A stretch of DNA of 64,000 nucleotides from an uncultured SAR116 cluster alpha proteobacterium. GTDB lineage: Bacteria > Pseudomonadota > Alphaproteobacteria > Puniceispirillales > Puniceispirillaceae. How positions within the stretch are numbered: position 1 is the first letter of the stretch; each line of letters begins with the position of its first letter. The stretch spans positions 146,905-210,904 of the forward strand of contig CACOCY010000003.1 in the NCBI GenBank assembly GCA_902625725.1, written 5' to 3'. A program made the position numbers and the translations under genes. This document shows positions 1 to 11,153 of this stretch, piece by piece. The notes below the pieces were generated by a model. That model was not told the DNA's origin. It worked only from the letters and a program-made list of their open reading frames with translations, and did not search any database.

Positions 1-2536
1 GCTCTGCCCGTGTTAGAGCGACATATAGTAAGCGGTCATCTTCTCTTTTGATTTTTTCTTTCTCTGCATTCCTAATCTCTGTAATATAAGAAGGTGCAAA
101 ATTGCTATTCTCGGTCCAGTAAATCCATTCTTGGGAGAATGTAAGCGTATCTGACGGTGCTTTAGCAGTTAACATATCGGGTAAATATATTATAGGCGCT
201 TCAAGTCCTTTGGAGCCATGTATTGTTAGCAATCTTACCTGAGGGTACGCAAAAGCGCTATTATCACGTAATAAAGTGCCTTGGCTATCTCTGAAAGATC
301 TCACAAACTGGCTCAGCTCTAGATTTCCTGCTTTTTCAAAAGCTAGAATTTCTTGCAAGAAACCGTTAAAGCTCTCAATAACACCTATCCCAAGACGCTT
401 GATAAACGCATCAACTGATCTGTCCCCGATTAAAATATGATTAAAAAAGCTAAATACATCTTGTGTTCCAGCGCGGGATCGCCATTCAATTAATTTGCGG
501 CATGCCAATCCCTTAATGCATTCGGACTTTTCATATTCTTTTAATCTGCTGAACAAAGAGGCTTTTCCTCTTGCGATTGCTAGTTCTTGCAAATCATCCT
601 CCTGTAATTCCAGTAAAGGTGACTTTAGGATACTAGCAAGTTGCAAATCATCATCTGGAGACAGGCACACATCAGCTAGCGCAAGCAAATCCTGAATTTC
701 TATCTGATTCTGCAATATAATTCGGTCGGGAGGTGAGACTGATATTCTTGTTGAAATCAGTGCCGCTCTTAAGTTTGCTAGGAAAGAGTCTCTCTGTCGC
801 ACTAAAATCATAATGTCGTTTGGGCAGACATCTCTACCTAAAATATTGTCTGAGCCAGACTCCAAAAGTGCCTTAATATGCAGGGCTATTCTCTCTGCTA
901 GAATAACCTCCGCAGTTTCAATACGTTCCATTTCAACTGGCATAAATGGAATTTTAAGTTGTTTTTCTTGTGATTCCACAACTGGCCATAGTTCCACAGA
1001 CCCAGAAAGGCTGTCCCAATGCAGACCGTGCTGCACATACGTATCCCCCACTCCAATGATGCGTTCATCTTGCATCACCTTATCTACAAATGAGAGTATA
1101 GATGCAGAAGAACGATAAGATTTCGACAGACTCAATTGCTTAAAGGGTTTTCTGTATTGGTCTGCCTGCTCTTTGATTTCTGATTGCTTTGTAACAAATA
1201 CGTTTGGATCCGCATTCTGAAAACTATATATTGACTGTTTATAGTCCCCAACAGCAAAGAAGGTCCTTGGCAGTGGCTCTTCATCCTCTGATTCAAAAAA
1301 TTCTGACAAAAGATTGGAAATTACTGACCATTGCATGGGGCTTGTGTCCTGTGCCTCGTCGACTAGAACGTGTTGAATAGCTGTTTCTAACTTCCATCTG
1401 ACCCAAGCATGGATTTGCTGTTTTTGAAGCAGTCGATTTGTAAAAAATATCAAATCGTCAAAATCTAAAACACCGCGGCTAAATTTTTGGTGTTGAAAGG
1501 ATAAATATAATTCTGCAGCAAGAGATAATATATAAAAACTTAATTCTCCTGTATAAGCACCATTCTGGGTTTGCATATACTCTGAAATTAAGCGTTGAGC
1601 CTTAAATATATAACCCTCCAATTCAGGATTACGCTCCCTTACTACTTTTGTACCGATCCGTTTTTTTGGATTGCCTCCACTAAAGAAGACATCCACTAAT
1701 AAAAAAAATTCTGCCTCTGCTTGTTGTGGTAACAGACTTGCCCAGCGTTTTATTTTGAACGCTGCTTCCTTATCGTTTTTTCTACCGCCATTAAGCGCAT
1801 CAGCCATTTTCTGAAAAGGGAGTTGCTTTATCTGAGCCATCATAGTTAATTTTTCAGAGGAAAAATCGGCCATTGATTTACATCCAATTTGCATTCTTAA
1901 ATGTTCTTTAAAACGCTTCGCAGAAGATGGATCAGTTGCAAATTTTTCAATTATTTCCCGTTTTTGCAATATCTGAATAAGATAGTGACCTAATGTTCTC
2001 TCATCTGTAAATTTAGCCAAAAAATATAGCTTTTTTTTAATATGACTTTCAGGAGTTGCAAATAATTCAAGCATACGCCGCTGTAATATCTCATTGGATT
2101 CAGATTCTGTAATTAAATCAAATCCTGGAGGTACACCCGCCTCTATTGGGAATCGAGATAATATTGTCTGACAAAATGAATGTATGGTCTCAATTCTAGG
2201 ACCATCTTCGTTATCTAATATCCGAGCAAATAGCTGCCTTGATATTAGAATTTTCTCCTGGCTTGGATTAGGTTCGCTCATTTCAGTCAAATCAGATATA
2301 AGCTCACTTTCACTACATACAGCCCATCTTGAAAGCGTGTTTTGCAGTCGCTGTTGCATCTCTGCCGCGGCAGCTTTAGTATAGGTTACACATAATATGC
2401 TGTCTGGCTTTGCCCCATTTAGCAAAAGGCGAAACACGCGGTGGGTAAGCGCCCTTGTTTTGCCGGTACCTGCATTAGCAGAAACAAAAACAGAAAATTT
2501 TGGATCAGATGCAAGGCTAGAATTATCTATCATCAT
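1..2536 (-). CDS. addA: AddA helicase-nuclease (UvrD/PcrA family); C-terminal end lies beyond the window edge
   Basis: Absent from the ORF track because no stop lies inside the window. Hand translation of the minus strand from ATG 2536 gives MMIDNSSLASDPKFSVFVSANAGTGKTRALTHR (Walker A), QHVLVDEAQDTSPMQW (DEAQ box, ~1325-1375), LLTIHGSKGLEAP (~195-235) and LLYVALTRAE (2-31). The frame stays open to position 1. The start overlaps the addB stop by 14 nt. Confidence 0.88.
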   Translation of the reverse strand, partial: MMIDNSSLASDPKFSVFVSANAGTGKTRALTHRVFRLLLNGAKPDSILCVTYTKAAAAEMQQRLQNTLSRWAVCSESELISDLTEMSEPNPSQEKILISRQLFARILDNEDGPRIETIHSFCQTILSRFPIEAGVPPGFDLITESESNEILQRRMLELFATPESHIKKKLYFLAKFTDERTLGHYLIQILQKREIIEKFATDPSSAKRFKEHLRMQIGCKSMADFSSEKLTMMAQIKQLPFQKMADALNGGRKNDKEAAFKIKRWASLLPQQAEAEFFLLVDVFFSGGNPKKRIGTKVVRERNPELEGYIFKAQRLISEYMQTQNGAYTGELSFYILSLAAELYLSFQHQKFSRGVLDFDDLIFFTNRLLQKQQIHAWVRWKLETAIQHVLVDEAQDTSPMQWSVISNLLSEFFESEDEEPLPRTFFAVGDYKQSIYSFQNADPNVFVTKQSEIKEQADQYRKPFKQLSLSKSYRSSASILSFVDKVMQDERIIGVGDTYVQHGLHWDSLSGSVELWPVVESQEKQLKIPFMPVEMERIETAEVILAERIALHIKALLESGSDNILGRDVCPNDIMILVRQRDSFLANLRAALISTRISVSPPDRIILQNQIEIQDLLALADVCLSPDDDLQLASILKSPLLELQEDDLQELAIARGKASLFSRLKEYEKSECIKGLACRKLIEWRSRAGTQDVFSFFNHILIGDRSVDAFIKRLGIGVIESFNGFLQEILAFEKAGNLELSQFVRSFRDSQGTLLRDNSAFAYPQVRLLTIHGSKGLEAPIIYLPDMLTAKAPSDTLTFSQEWIYWTENSNFAPSYITEIRNAEKEKIKREDDRLLYVALTRAE

Positions 2537-5525
2537 TTACCTCAAATGCTCTCCATTCCTTTATTCTAGCAAGGTGCCTTACTTGTGAGATTTTTGGCCG
2601 TTTTGCTGGATTTGGCTCCGATAAATATGGTTGCTCCTCATTCTCAAAACTCTGAACCAGCTCCAACAACTGGTCAAAAATAATACAGACGTCAAAATCA
2701 TCTGGAGTAACATCGTCAATTTTTCCAGGTGCTGTTACCCTACCTTTCAATTGCCAGTAAAAGAGCCCAATATCCTGTACATTCTTGTCAGATAAATTAA
2801 ACCCCCCTTTTGAAAGAATTGCCGCCTCGACAAGAAGCTGTACTGCATTTCCTGAACTTACCGCTAGCTTTGACGGTGGATTCCCAGATTTGTAATCAAT
2901 TATCTGATAATTATTACCCCGATGCAGCTCTATTCTATCTGCTCTTGCTGTAACAAGAATTAAACGCCGACCAATAGATAGCTCAATCCTGCCTTCTTTT
3001 TCCACAACCACCTGAAAGCGCTCATCGCGTCTTCTGCATTCTTCCTCCAGAAACCAATTTAGAATTACGGAAAATTTTTGCCTCCAGAAAAGGTCAATAT
3101 AGGCAATATTGGACCATTTGGATAAATGCGCATCTAAGATTTTGCGCAGTTTTTGCCCCGCATCTTTGGGCAATTTCCCAATCGGATAACACTCTGAAAA
3201 TTCTGCAATAACATCATGAATAAGAGACCCCCTCAATGCAACAGATGGCGACTCATCAATAGGATTTTTTTGTCTAATTTTTAGTATTTTCTTAACATAA
3301 AACCCATAAGGATCTGTAATCCATTGATCAAAATCAGTTGCAGAGATTTGAGATGGCCTTTGAGTAATCGCTGGTTTTGGCTCTGGCCGCCCAATTGGTT
3401 TTACGATATCTGGTATTTTGCGAGCATTTACAGCCTTCATCCATACAGGTATCTGTTTATCAAGGTAGGATGATAGCCCAGCTGCAGCCAATACAGCATC
3501 CAATCGTGCAAGCCACCGCGATTTTTGTGTCGTGGCTCCATCTGTAACAACAGAGCGCGTTATAATAACTTCTGGCGATGCTGCTGCCATCATAAAATCA
3601 TGTGCTGACAGTGCTATACGCCAGTGCCTGTCAGGCAAACCTAATTGAGTTCGTGATGCATTGTTAATCCACATATCTCTTTGAGAAAATGGTGGCCACA
3701 CCCCCTCATTCAATCCTCCAAGTATTACAGTATCTGCCTGTTGCATCCTTGCTTCGATTGTACCCAGAATTTTAAGTCTTGGGTGCTGATTATACGGTGT
3801 TCTTACCACCGCCTCTTGACATAACGCACTAAAGGTATAATGAAATTCAGAGGCAGCTATTGAGTAGTTGCTTCCAAAACGTATCATATCAGATAAAAAT
3901 TCAAGCAACACTTTTCCTGAATAGTCCGTGTAAATATGAAGAGGAGTGTCACTTTGTTTGTAATTTGTTTTAGAACCTGAATCTTCACTATTTTCTGGTA
4001 ATGTACTCAAATCTTGTGCTGTCTGCATAAGGGCTATAGTAAGGGTATCGAGTGATGGATTAATCGCCCTGAAAGCATCTCGTAAGGGCGTGAATGCTGG
4101 TAATAAACTGTTCTGCCAGAAATCCTTTAATTTCGGTGTTTGTGCTACTAATAAGGTCCAGCTCTCCCAGTTTTTTTTTGGTAGTGGACCTCTTAAGATT
4201 TGCTCCTCAAATAAATTCGCCAAATGGGTAAATTCAGCTCTCGGCAATCCTGCGGTTGCAAATGGATGCTTGAATAATGCTCTCAGCGCGTGAGGGGATG
4301 CATCCTCTTGCACAACGCGAATGATTAAAGCTAGAAATCTTGCTGGCGTAGATAATAGCAGCGAGCTACCTGCTGAATCATCTATTTTAATATTCCATCT
4401 CATCAATGCTGCTTGTACTTTTCGTGCCAGCACTCTATCTGGAGTGACAAGCATAGCTGTTTTATTAGGGGTTTCGAGTATCTGCCTCATTAATCCAGCA
4501 ATTAATTCAGCCTCCTGAAAGGAGTCTGTCACTGACATTACTTTCAATCCTTGAAGACTAGAAGGTGATAGTTCGCTCTCATCTACAGCAAGCCTTCTCC
4601 ACTGCCATGTTCTACTTGCGGGCCTCATTACCTCGCGTAGCAATATCTGTCGGGAGCGGACTGACTTATGTCGCAACTGTTCAGTGACATGCCAATACCG
4701 CACTTCAGATAACGGCAATTCAAACTCAGCCATTGAGCGAGCAATTTGACTTAATGGGTGGACAGAGTCATTTTCAATGGCATGCCAATCAGTATGTTCG
4801 ATATCTAGATCAAGACCAGGAAAAATTACAGCTCCCATAGGTAATTGCGAAATTACTTTCATAAATGCTCTTGTCATGGGAAGAGTGCCTGTTGAGCCTG
4901 CTAAGATTATCGGCGCGTTTGGGGGATGACTTGTCCAGAAATCTAGCTGAGCTTGAAGTAATTTCTGTTGACGCGCTACCGGGTCCATTTGCCCACGTTC
5001 AGCAAGTATAGAAGGCCAATAATCAAATAATATGGTCAAAAATTTTAAAATTTCCTGCCAATAAGTTGATAATTCATCTGGCAGAACATTTTTTATATCT
5101 GATAAGGGGGTACAAGCACGCTGCATCTGGTCAATGAGCATGCACAAGCTTGATGCTAATTTCATCGAGGAAGCAGGTGACATTCGCTGCCCACCAATTG
5201 GAAAATGCTGTATTTGCGATGCAATAAGACATTGCCTTTCAAACACATTAATTGCTTCATTTAACTCAAGCCCCTCAATGCTTAGGTTTAAAGCAACCTC
5301 TTCATCCGGCTCACCTACTGCAAATATTTTTGGCAGTAATATGGGGCCCTGTTTCTGATGTTTTAAAAATGCTTCCTTGATAGAAGAAATAGCTCTTCTG
5401 CTGGGCAGATATAGTTCTATCCTAGCAAGTTGTTCCGGCTCTGGAAATTTATCTATGATCCCAGTAACAAGATTATCAGCAAATGCCTGTGAAGCTGGGA
5501 TAGTGTAAAATCTAGATTTTATCAT
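2523..5525 (-). CDS. addB: Double-strand break repair protein AddB (alphaproteobacterial type)
   Basis: 1000-aa ORF immediately upstream of addA and overlapping it. It has a C-terminal RecB-like nuclease region (ARADRIEL...QIIDYKSG) and no Fe-S cysteine cluster. Size and position match the alphaproteobacterial addB-addA pair. Confidence 0.85.
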   Translation of the reverse strand: MIKSRFYTIPASQAFADNLVTGIIDKFPEPEQLARIELYLPSRRAISSIKEAFLKHQKQGPILLPKIFAVGEPDEEVALNLSIEGLELNEAINVFERQCLIASQIQHFPIGGQRMSPASSMKLASSLCMLIDQMQRACTPLSDIKNVLPDELSTYWQEILKFLTILFDYWPSILAERGQMDPVARQQKLLQAQLDFWTSHPPNAPIILAGSTGTLPMTRAFMKVISQLPMGAVIFPGLDLDIEHTDWHAIENDSVHPLSQIARSMAEFELPLSEVRYWHVTEQLRHKSVRSRQILLREVMRPASRTWQWRRLAVDESELSPSSLQGLKVMSVTDSFQEAELIAGLMRQILETPNKTAMLVTPDRVLARKVQAALMRWNIKIDDSAGSSLLLSTPARFLALIIRVVQEDASPHALRALFKHPFATAGLPRAEFTHLANLFEEQILRGPLPKKNWESWTLLVAQTPKLKDFWQNSLLPAFTPLRDAFRAINPSLDTLTIALMQTAQDLSTLPENSEDSGSKTNYKQSDTPLHIYTDYSGKVLLEFLSDMIRFGSNYSIAASEFHYTFSALCQEAVVRTPYNQHPRLKILGTIEARMQQADTVILGGLNEGVWPPFSQRDMWINNASRTQLGLPDRHWRIALSAHDFMMAAASPEVIITRSVVTDGATTQKSRWLARLDAVLAAAGLSSYLDKQIPVWMKAVNARKIPDIVKPIGRPEPKPAITQRPSQISATDFDQWITDPYGFYVKKILKIRQKNPIDESPSVALRGSLIHDVIAEFSECYPIGKLPKDAGQKLRKILDAHLSKWSNIAYIDLFWRQKFSVILNWFLEEECRRRDERFQVVVEKEGRIELSIGRRLILVTARADRIELHRGNNYQIIDYKSGNPPSKLAVSSGNAVQLLVEAAILSKGGFNLSDKNVQDIGLFYWQLKGRVTAPGKIDDVTPDDFDVCIIFDQLLELVQSFENEEQPYLSEPNPAKRPKISQVRHLARIKEWRAFEVNDDR

Positions 5526-5589
5526 CAGTTTGATAATAGCTCAGATAAGATTTAATGGCAGTATTTTTTATCGGCGTGTTATATTATTC

Positions 5590-6063
5590 TCACAGCCCGT
5601 TAAAATTAGCCATAATTGGATTAGAGGTTTTGATGTTAATTATACGCTGGTCAGATAGGCTACTGCTATTTTTATCTTGAAAATCCAGCTGAATGTGGAC
5701 GCTATGAGAGGGAATTATTTGTTCTATAAGGTCTGGCCATTCAATAATACAACAATGTTCTATGAGCGCTTCCTCAATGCCAAGCTCTAAAACCTCTTTC
5801 AGGCTACCCAAGCGGTACAAGTCAAGATGCCATAATTCAAAATCATAACTAGTTTCGTAACTTTGAACAAGATTGAATGTGGGGCTAGGAATATCGGTAT
5901 GGATGTTGCACGATTTTCTTATTATGGCCCGAGCAAGGGTAGTTTTTCCTGCCCCCAACTTTCCATTAACACAAAAAACCACTCCAGCCTTTACGTAATC
6001 AGAAAGCTTACAACCAAGCTCAATTAGGGAATCCTCATCTAACGAATAAAGGGTCCACTCCAT
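5590..6063 (-). CDS. tsaE: tRNA t6A37 biosynthesis ATPase TsaE
   Basis: 157 aa with P-loop GKLGAGKTTLARAI and the WHLDLYRL motif typical of TsaE/YjeE. Confidence 0.85.
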   Translation of the reverse strand: MEWTLYSLDEDSLIELGCKLSDYVKAGVVFCVNGKLGAGKTTLARAIIRKSCNIHTDIPSPTFNLVQSYETSYDFELWHLDLYRLGSLKEVLELGIEEALIEHCCIIEWPDLIEQIIPSHSVHIQLDFQDKNSSSLSDQRIINIKTSNPIMANFNGL

Positions 6064-6078
6064 GCTTAAAACCTAGTT

Positions 6079-7470
6079 TTAATACCTATATTCTTCTGAT
6101 TTGAATGGGCCCTGCTGCTCAACGCCAATATATTTTGCTTGCTCTTCTCTCAATGTAGTAAGCTTAGCGCCTATCTTTTCTAGGTGGAGTGCTGCTACCT
6201 TTTCGTCAAGATGTCTAGGTAATGTATATACTTTATTTCCATATTTGTTACTATCATTCCACAATTCTATCTGGGCTAATACCTGATTTGTAAATGAAGC
6301 AGACATTACAAATGAAGGATGACCCGTTGCGCAACCGAGATTAACAAGACGTCCTTTCGCAAGTAAAATCATTCTCCTACCATCTGGAAATTCGATTTCG
6401 TCGACTTGGGGTTTTATTTCATTCCACACATAATTTGAAAGAGCAGATACCTGAATTTCATTATCAAAATGACCTATGTTACACACAATCGCTCTATCTT
6501 TCATGTCTCGCATATGGTCAAGCGTTATTACATCTTTATTTCCTGTCGCAGTCACAAAAATATCAGCCTTTGAAGCAACATCATCTAAAGTTACTACTTC
6601 ATAACCTTCCATGGCTGCCTGCAAAGCACATATTGGGTCAATTTCCGTAACCATAACGCGAGCGCCTCCCTGGCGTAACGAAGCAGCAGAGCCTTTTCCT
6701 ACATCACCAAACCCACATACCACTGCAACTTTGCCAGCAAGCATTACGTCCGTTGCACGCCTAATTCCATCTACGAGTGACTCTCGCACCCCATATAAAT
6801 TATCAAACTTTGATTTTGTTACAGAATCATTCACATTTATAGCTGGGAACGGTAATTTTTCTTGTTCCGCCAATTGGTACAAACGAAGAACACCTGTTGT
6901 TGTTTCTTCTGACACACCTTTTATTGCGTTGCGCTGACGCGTAAACCAACCAGGGTCAGAGCTATGTCTTTTTAAAATTTGTTGTTTTAGATAAATTTCC
7001 TCTTCAGAAGACGGATTTGAAAGAATTTCCTCTCCCTCCTCAAGATTAGCACCGAGCAAAATGTACATCGTTGCGTCGCCACCATCATCCAAAATCATAT
7101 TTGCCACTTCACCCTGAGGCCAGTCGAAAATCTTATCAACATAGGCCCAATACTCTTCTAAAGTCTCGCCTTTTTTTGCAAATACAGGCACTCCGGTTTT
7201 TGCTATTGCGGCGGCTGCATGGTCTTGGGTAGAAAAAATATTACAGGAAGACCAGCGAACCTCTGCGCCAAGCGCTGTAAGTGTCTCTATTAACACAGCT
7301 GTCTGCATTGTCATATGGAGACAGCCGGCAACACGCGCGCCCGCAAGCGGCTTTGAGCTCCGAAATTCCTCCCTTAAGGCAATCAAACCAGGCATTTCAC
7401 TTTCAGCAATCGAGAGTTCTTTTCGACCCCAATCTGCTAAACTAATATCTGCTACAATGTAATCTCTCAT
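6079..7470 (-). CDS. ahcY: Adenosylhomocysteinase
   Basis: 463 aa. N-terminus [19 protein letters not shown]-binding [10 protein letters not shown], and [21 protein letters not shown]; full-length AhcY pattern. Confidence 0.95.
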   Translation of the reverse strand: MRDYIVADISLADWGRKELSIAESEMPGLIALREEFRSSKPLAGARVAGCLHMTMQTAVLIETLTALGAEVRWSSCNIFSTQDHAAAAIAKTGVPVFAKKGETLEEYWAYVDKIFDWPQGEVANMILDDGGDATMYILLGANLEEGEEILSNPSSEEEIYLKQQILKRHSSDPGWFTRQRNAIKGVSEETTTGVLRLYQLAEQEKLPFPAINVNDSVTKSKFDNLYGVRESLVDGIRRATDVMLAGKVAVVCGFGDVGKGSAASLRQGGARVMVTEIDPICALQAAMEGYEVVTLDDVASKADIFVTATGNKDVITLDHMRDMKDRAIVCNIGHFDNEIQVSALSNYVWNEIKPQVDEIEFPDGRRMILLAKGRLVNLGCATGHPSFVMSASFTNQVLAQIELWNDSNKYGNKVYTLPRHLDEKVAALHLEKIGAKLTTLREEQAKYIGVEQQGPFKSEEYRY

Positions 7471-7616
7471 TTGTTCTAATCCATTTTTTGCTCAGAAAGA
7501 TTTAATAGCAAATTATACTATTAACAATAAGTTTTTTAGATTTTGTTTAACAAAAACGATAATAAATATAAAAATACTTATGCTATTTTACACATGTATT
7601 GAGGGTTCCCTTACTC

Positions 7617-8501
7617 TCATAGCTCTAAATGTTCAAGAACATGTTTAATCTTTCTATCTTTAGCCCATGATGCTAAATACTCTGCTGATGTCACAGATCT
7701 ATGGCGCCCTCCTGTGCACCCAAATGCAATACCCAGCTGTGGTCTGCCCGTTTTTTGCAATGCAGGCAGAATTAACTGTATGATTTGGGTGACATTTTGC
7801 ATAAAGGGTTCAAATCCTTCATCCGCTTGTATAAAATGCTGCACATCTTTGTTTTTTCCTGTAAGTTTTCGTAATTCGTCTTTCCAGTGGGGGTTGGCAA
7901 GGAATCTTGCATCAAATACATAATCTGCTGTTTCTGGGATACCTTTGCGAAAAGAAAAACTTAAAATGGATAAAGGTACAGGATTGAGGGCTGGCAATCC
8001 AAGGCGAGAAAGTAAATTAGCTCTGAAAGCAGATGGATCAGAACCCGTTGAGTCTAAAATAACGTCAGCAAATTCATGAATGCCCCTCATTGCAGCAAAA
8101 TCAGTTTCTATTGCCTCATTTAAGTTACCGTCTTTAACAAGAGGATGATGTCGTCTAGTAGTTTGATATCTTTTTATTATTTCGTAGCGATTGGCATGTA
8201 TATATATAATCTGACATGCTTCTCTAAATTTGGACTTTAAATTCGTAATTAGTCCTTCAACCACCTTCTTCTCAAATCCAGTTGTTCGCATATCAATAGC
8301 TAGTGCAATCTGCCGTCCTGCAGTTTCAACCTCAAGTGCAATATATTGATCTATTAACGACAAAGGAAGGTTATCAACAGCCGAAAAGCCGGCATCTTCT
8401 AATGCATTTAATGCTGTTGATTTGCCTGCACCTGACGGTCCAATTACAATAGTAATTCGCACTCTTGCAATATCTTGATTGCTTTGAACCAAAGCATCCA
8501 T
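7617..8501 (-). CDS. rapZ: RNase adapter / nucleotide-binding protein RapZ (YhbJ family)
   Basis: 294 aa with Walker A GPSGAGKSTAL near the N-terminus and the C-terminal GCTGGRHRSV motif. Confidence 0.85.
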   Translation of the reverse strand: MDALVQSNQDIARVRITIVIGPSGAGKSTALNALEDAGFSAVDNLPLSLIDQYIALEVETAGRQIALAIDMRTTGFEKKVVEGLITNLKSKFREACQIIYIHANRYEIIKRYQTTRRHHPLVKDGNLNEAIETDFAAMRGIHEFADVILDSTGSDPSAFRANLLSRLGLPALNPVPLSILSFSFRKGIPETADYVFDARFLANPHWKDELRKLTGKNKDVQHFIQADEGFEPFMQNVTQIIQLILPALQKTGRPQLGIAFGCTGGRHRSVTSAEYLASWAKDRKIKHVLEHLEL

Positions 8502-8599
8502 AAGTAAATGGTCCTAATTTATCCTAATAATTTTAATAGTTTTAATAAATTAGACGAAATAAAATGTACTATCTATAAAAAATTAAATTTTTGTTGAAC

Positions 8600-10234
8600 T
8601 TACTCAGGTTTTGCAATAGGCAACTCAAGAAAAAAAGTAGCACCATTTTGCTGTCCATGACCAGCATATAGTCTACCCCCATGTGCTTCAGCTATTTGCC
8701 TAGCAATAGATAGTCCAAGGCCAGAGTGATGGCCGAATGCCTCGTTATTTGGGCGCTGAGTGTAAAACCGATTGAAAATTGTATCAAGATTTGCTTCGGG
8801 AATTCCCACCCCATTGTCACGAATTGAAAAACAAATGTTTTTTCTATCGCTCCCCTTTAATACTAGCTTTATTTCGATATCCTTATCAGGAGGATTGAAA
8901 CTAATTGCATTCACAAGTAAGTTGTCGAGAATTTGAATTATTCTACCTGTATGAATGTATGCCTCGAATTTTTTTTTATTTTTGCTTTTTGTTGGTGGTC
9001 TCCAAACGAGCTTACATCCCGGATATCTGTCTCTCATGAGTGAAACCCAGCTATCAACAAGCGCACAAAAATCAACTGTATCTCTTTCTGTGCCTGCTAA
9101 TTCTGCCTCAACCCTACTGGCCTGAGATATGTCATTTATAAGCCGGTCCAGCCTTGTTACATCTTCGAGAATTATACTAACTAAAGCTTTTTGCTGTGTT
9201 TGATTATTTATCCTTGAAATAGTTTCCGCTGCTGATCTCAGCGACGTTAATGGGTTTTTTAGCTCATGCGCAACATCAGCTGCGAATCCTGCAGTGGCCT
9301 TTATTCGCTCCTGCAAATCGTCAGTCATTTCTTGAAGCGCCTTCGATAGCTCTCCTATTTCGTCATTCCTATCCGGGAGTTTTTCTAACTTTATAGATTT
9401 GTCTTGCGCTCGCGCTATTTGTCTAGCAGATGCAGCTAGTTTTACGATTGGCCGTGTAATTGACCTTGATAAATATAAGCCCAATATTATGGTGAGCAAA
9501 AAGAGCGAGCACAACAGCAAAAAAAATGCCCATTGTACTTTAGCGATTTCTGATTCGATAGCTGCTCCATTTTTAGTGAGTAACAGTGCTCCCCTCACAA
9601 CGCGAACCTCCTGAATTGGCAATGCAACGCCAAGGACTAGTTGACCAGAAGATGTGCGCCAACTCATGCTTACTTTACGGCCCATCATCGCTGCTTTTAA
9701 GGCGGGTAGCTGGCTAGCAGAAATAAGTCTGTTATTGGGAATCTTGGGAAGTTCCTCAACACCATTTACAAAATTACTAAACTTCGAAATTGAAGTTATA
9801 ATCTCCTGTTTAATTCTTAATAAAAACGAGACTTGCGATTTCACAGACATCTGGACTAAAGAGTCTGGTATTTGATTATTTGCAGTATCGGCCATGATTC
9901 TTCCAGACGGTTGATATATTCTGGCTCTTAAGGAAGTCCCATAACCAACTAATGGAAGGATATGGCGCAATGTAGATTTAGCAAGGCCGATATTTGAACT
10001 ATCTAAGCCATTTGAATTACTTAAGCTATCAGCGTTCGCAAGAGCAAGCGAACGAGCAAGCGTCTCGCCTTGGCGTTTTAAGGCGCTTAATTCAGCATCT
10101 ATCAAAACAATTCGATATCTGTCAACCGCAAGTATGCCAATAAAAAAAAGGATTAAAGGCAAAAGCATTATAAGCAATATACGAATGGATAGAGGGCTTA
10201 TCCGACGTTTTACCATCCTATTGCAATGCCACAA
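8600..10234 (-). CDS. chvG: Sensor histidine kinase, ChvG/ExoS/BvrS-like
   Basis: Two TM segments flank a periplasmic region. It has a HAMP-like linker, H-box AHELKNPLTSLRSAAETI, and an HATPase region (DNGVGIP...GLGLSIARQI). It sits directly downstream of an OmpR-type regulator. The real start is probably MVKRR at 10216. Confidence 0.8.
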   Translation of the reverse strand: MWHCNRMVKRRISPLSIRILLIMLLPLILFFIGILAVDRYRIVLIDAELSALKRQGETLARSLALANADSLSNSNGLDSSNIGLAKSTLRHILPLVGYGTSLRARIYQPSGRIMADTANNQIPDSLVQMSVKSQVSFLLRIKQEIITSISKFSNFVNGVEELPKIPNNRLISASQLPALKAAMMGRKVSMSWRTSSGQLVLGVALPIQEVRVVRGALLLTKNGAAIESEIAKVQWAFFLLLCSLFLLTIILGLYLSRSITRPIVKLAASARQIARAQDKSIKLEKLPDRNDEIGELSKALQEMTDDLQERIKATAGFAADVAHELKNPLTSLRSAAETISRINNQTQQKALVSIILEDVTRLDRLINDISQASRVEAELAGTERDTVDFCALVDSWVSLMRDRYPGCKLVWRPPTKSKNKKKFEAYIHTGRIIQILDNLLVNAISFNPPDKDIEIKLVLKGSDRKNICFSIRDNGVGIPEANLDTIFNRFYTQRPNNEAFGHHSGLGLSIARQIAEAHGGRLYAGHGQQNGATFFLELPIAKPE

Positions 10235-10297
10235 AATTTTATCTGGCTAATTTTTAATTTCCTCCTAATTATCGATGAAAAATTGAAACAAAAGTTG

Positions 10298-10993
10298 CTA
10301 ATCATTGCTATAACGATATCCAATTCCATATAAAGTCTCGATTTGGTCAAAATCAGGGTCAATAAAACGAAACTTTCGACGAAGCCTCTTTATATGACTA
10401 TCTATTGTCCTATCATCTAAAAAGACGGACTCTCCATATGCTGCATCCATTAACTGATCTCTGCTTTTTACATGACCAGGTCGAACGATGAGTGCTCTTA
10501 TCATTAAAAACTCAGTTACTGTCAATTTTACAACTTGCTGCTTCCACTTACATAAATGCCTATCAGGATCTAAGAGTAAATCTCCATGTATTATAATATC
10601 TTCTGTTCGATCTCGGGTTTCCTCTTGCAATCTACCGCGCCGCAATACAGCTTTAATCCTAGCAATTAATAACCTTTGTGAAAATGGCTTAGTTATATAG
10701 TCATCCGCTCCGATACTCAGTCCAAGTGCTTCATCTAATTCGTCATCTTTACTTGTTAAAAAAATTACAGGCATATCAATTTTTTTTCGCAATTTTTGCA
10801 AAAGCTCCACACCATCCATTCTAGGCATCTTGATGTCTAAAATACCTATATCAACTGGTCGTTTGATAATTCCATGAAGTGCCTGTTCTCCATCAAAATA
10901 ACAATCAACCTCATAGCCCTCTTGCTCAAGCATAACCGAAACGGATGCAATTATGTTTTGATCGTCATCTACAAGAGCAATCTTATTGGCCAT
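10298..10993 (-). CDS. chvI: OmpR-family response regulator, ChvI-like
   Basis: Receiver domain (ALVDDD...[10 protein letters not shown]...TSKDDE) plus a winged-helix C-terminus ([12 protein letters not shown]...[11 protein letters not shown]). Start chosen at [11 protein letters not shown]; the ORF track starts 7 codons earlier, at 11014. Confidence 0.85.
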   Translation of the reverse strand: MANKIALVDDDQNIIASVSVMLEQEGYEVDCYFDGEQALHGIIKRPVDIGILDIKMPRMDGVELLQKLRKKIDMPVIFLTSKDDELDEALGLSIGADDYITKPFSQRLLIARIKAVLRRGRLQEETRDRTEDIIIHGDLLLDPDRHLCKWKQQVVKLTVTEFLMIRALIVRPGHVKSRDQLMDAAYGESVFLDDRTIDSHIKRLRRKFRFIDPDFDQIETLYGIGYRYSND

Positions 10994-11153
10994 TGAGTTC
11001 TCCTCTATAATCACGCAAATCTGAGAGCGTAGCCAGATTTTACTTTAACATAATAGAAAATTAATAATATCCAAAACGCGGCAGGTAAAAGGCAAGATTA
11101 AGGCGTGAAATAAGGAACAATAGATTATTCATTGACAGATCTTTTAAATTACC

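Noticed and set aside
495-2588. Four + strand ORFs of 63-101 aa (495-695, 813-1118, 2184-2384, 2397-2588).
   Set aside because: They lie antisense to the continuous addA reading frame, which I verified by hand (Walker A, DEAQ and C-terminal helicase motifs). Their products are low-complexity Ser/Cys/Leu-rich sequences typical of shadow ORFs.
7471-7616. Looked for an SAH riboswitch in the ahcY leader.
   Set aside because: The leader is almost pure A/T with no G/C-rich pseudoknot-forming segments, so no riboswitch-like structure is visible.
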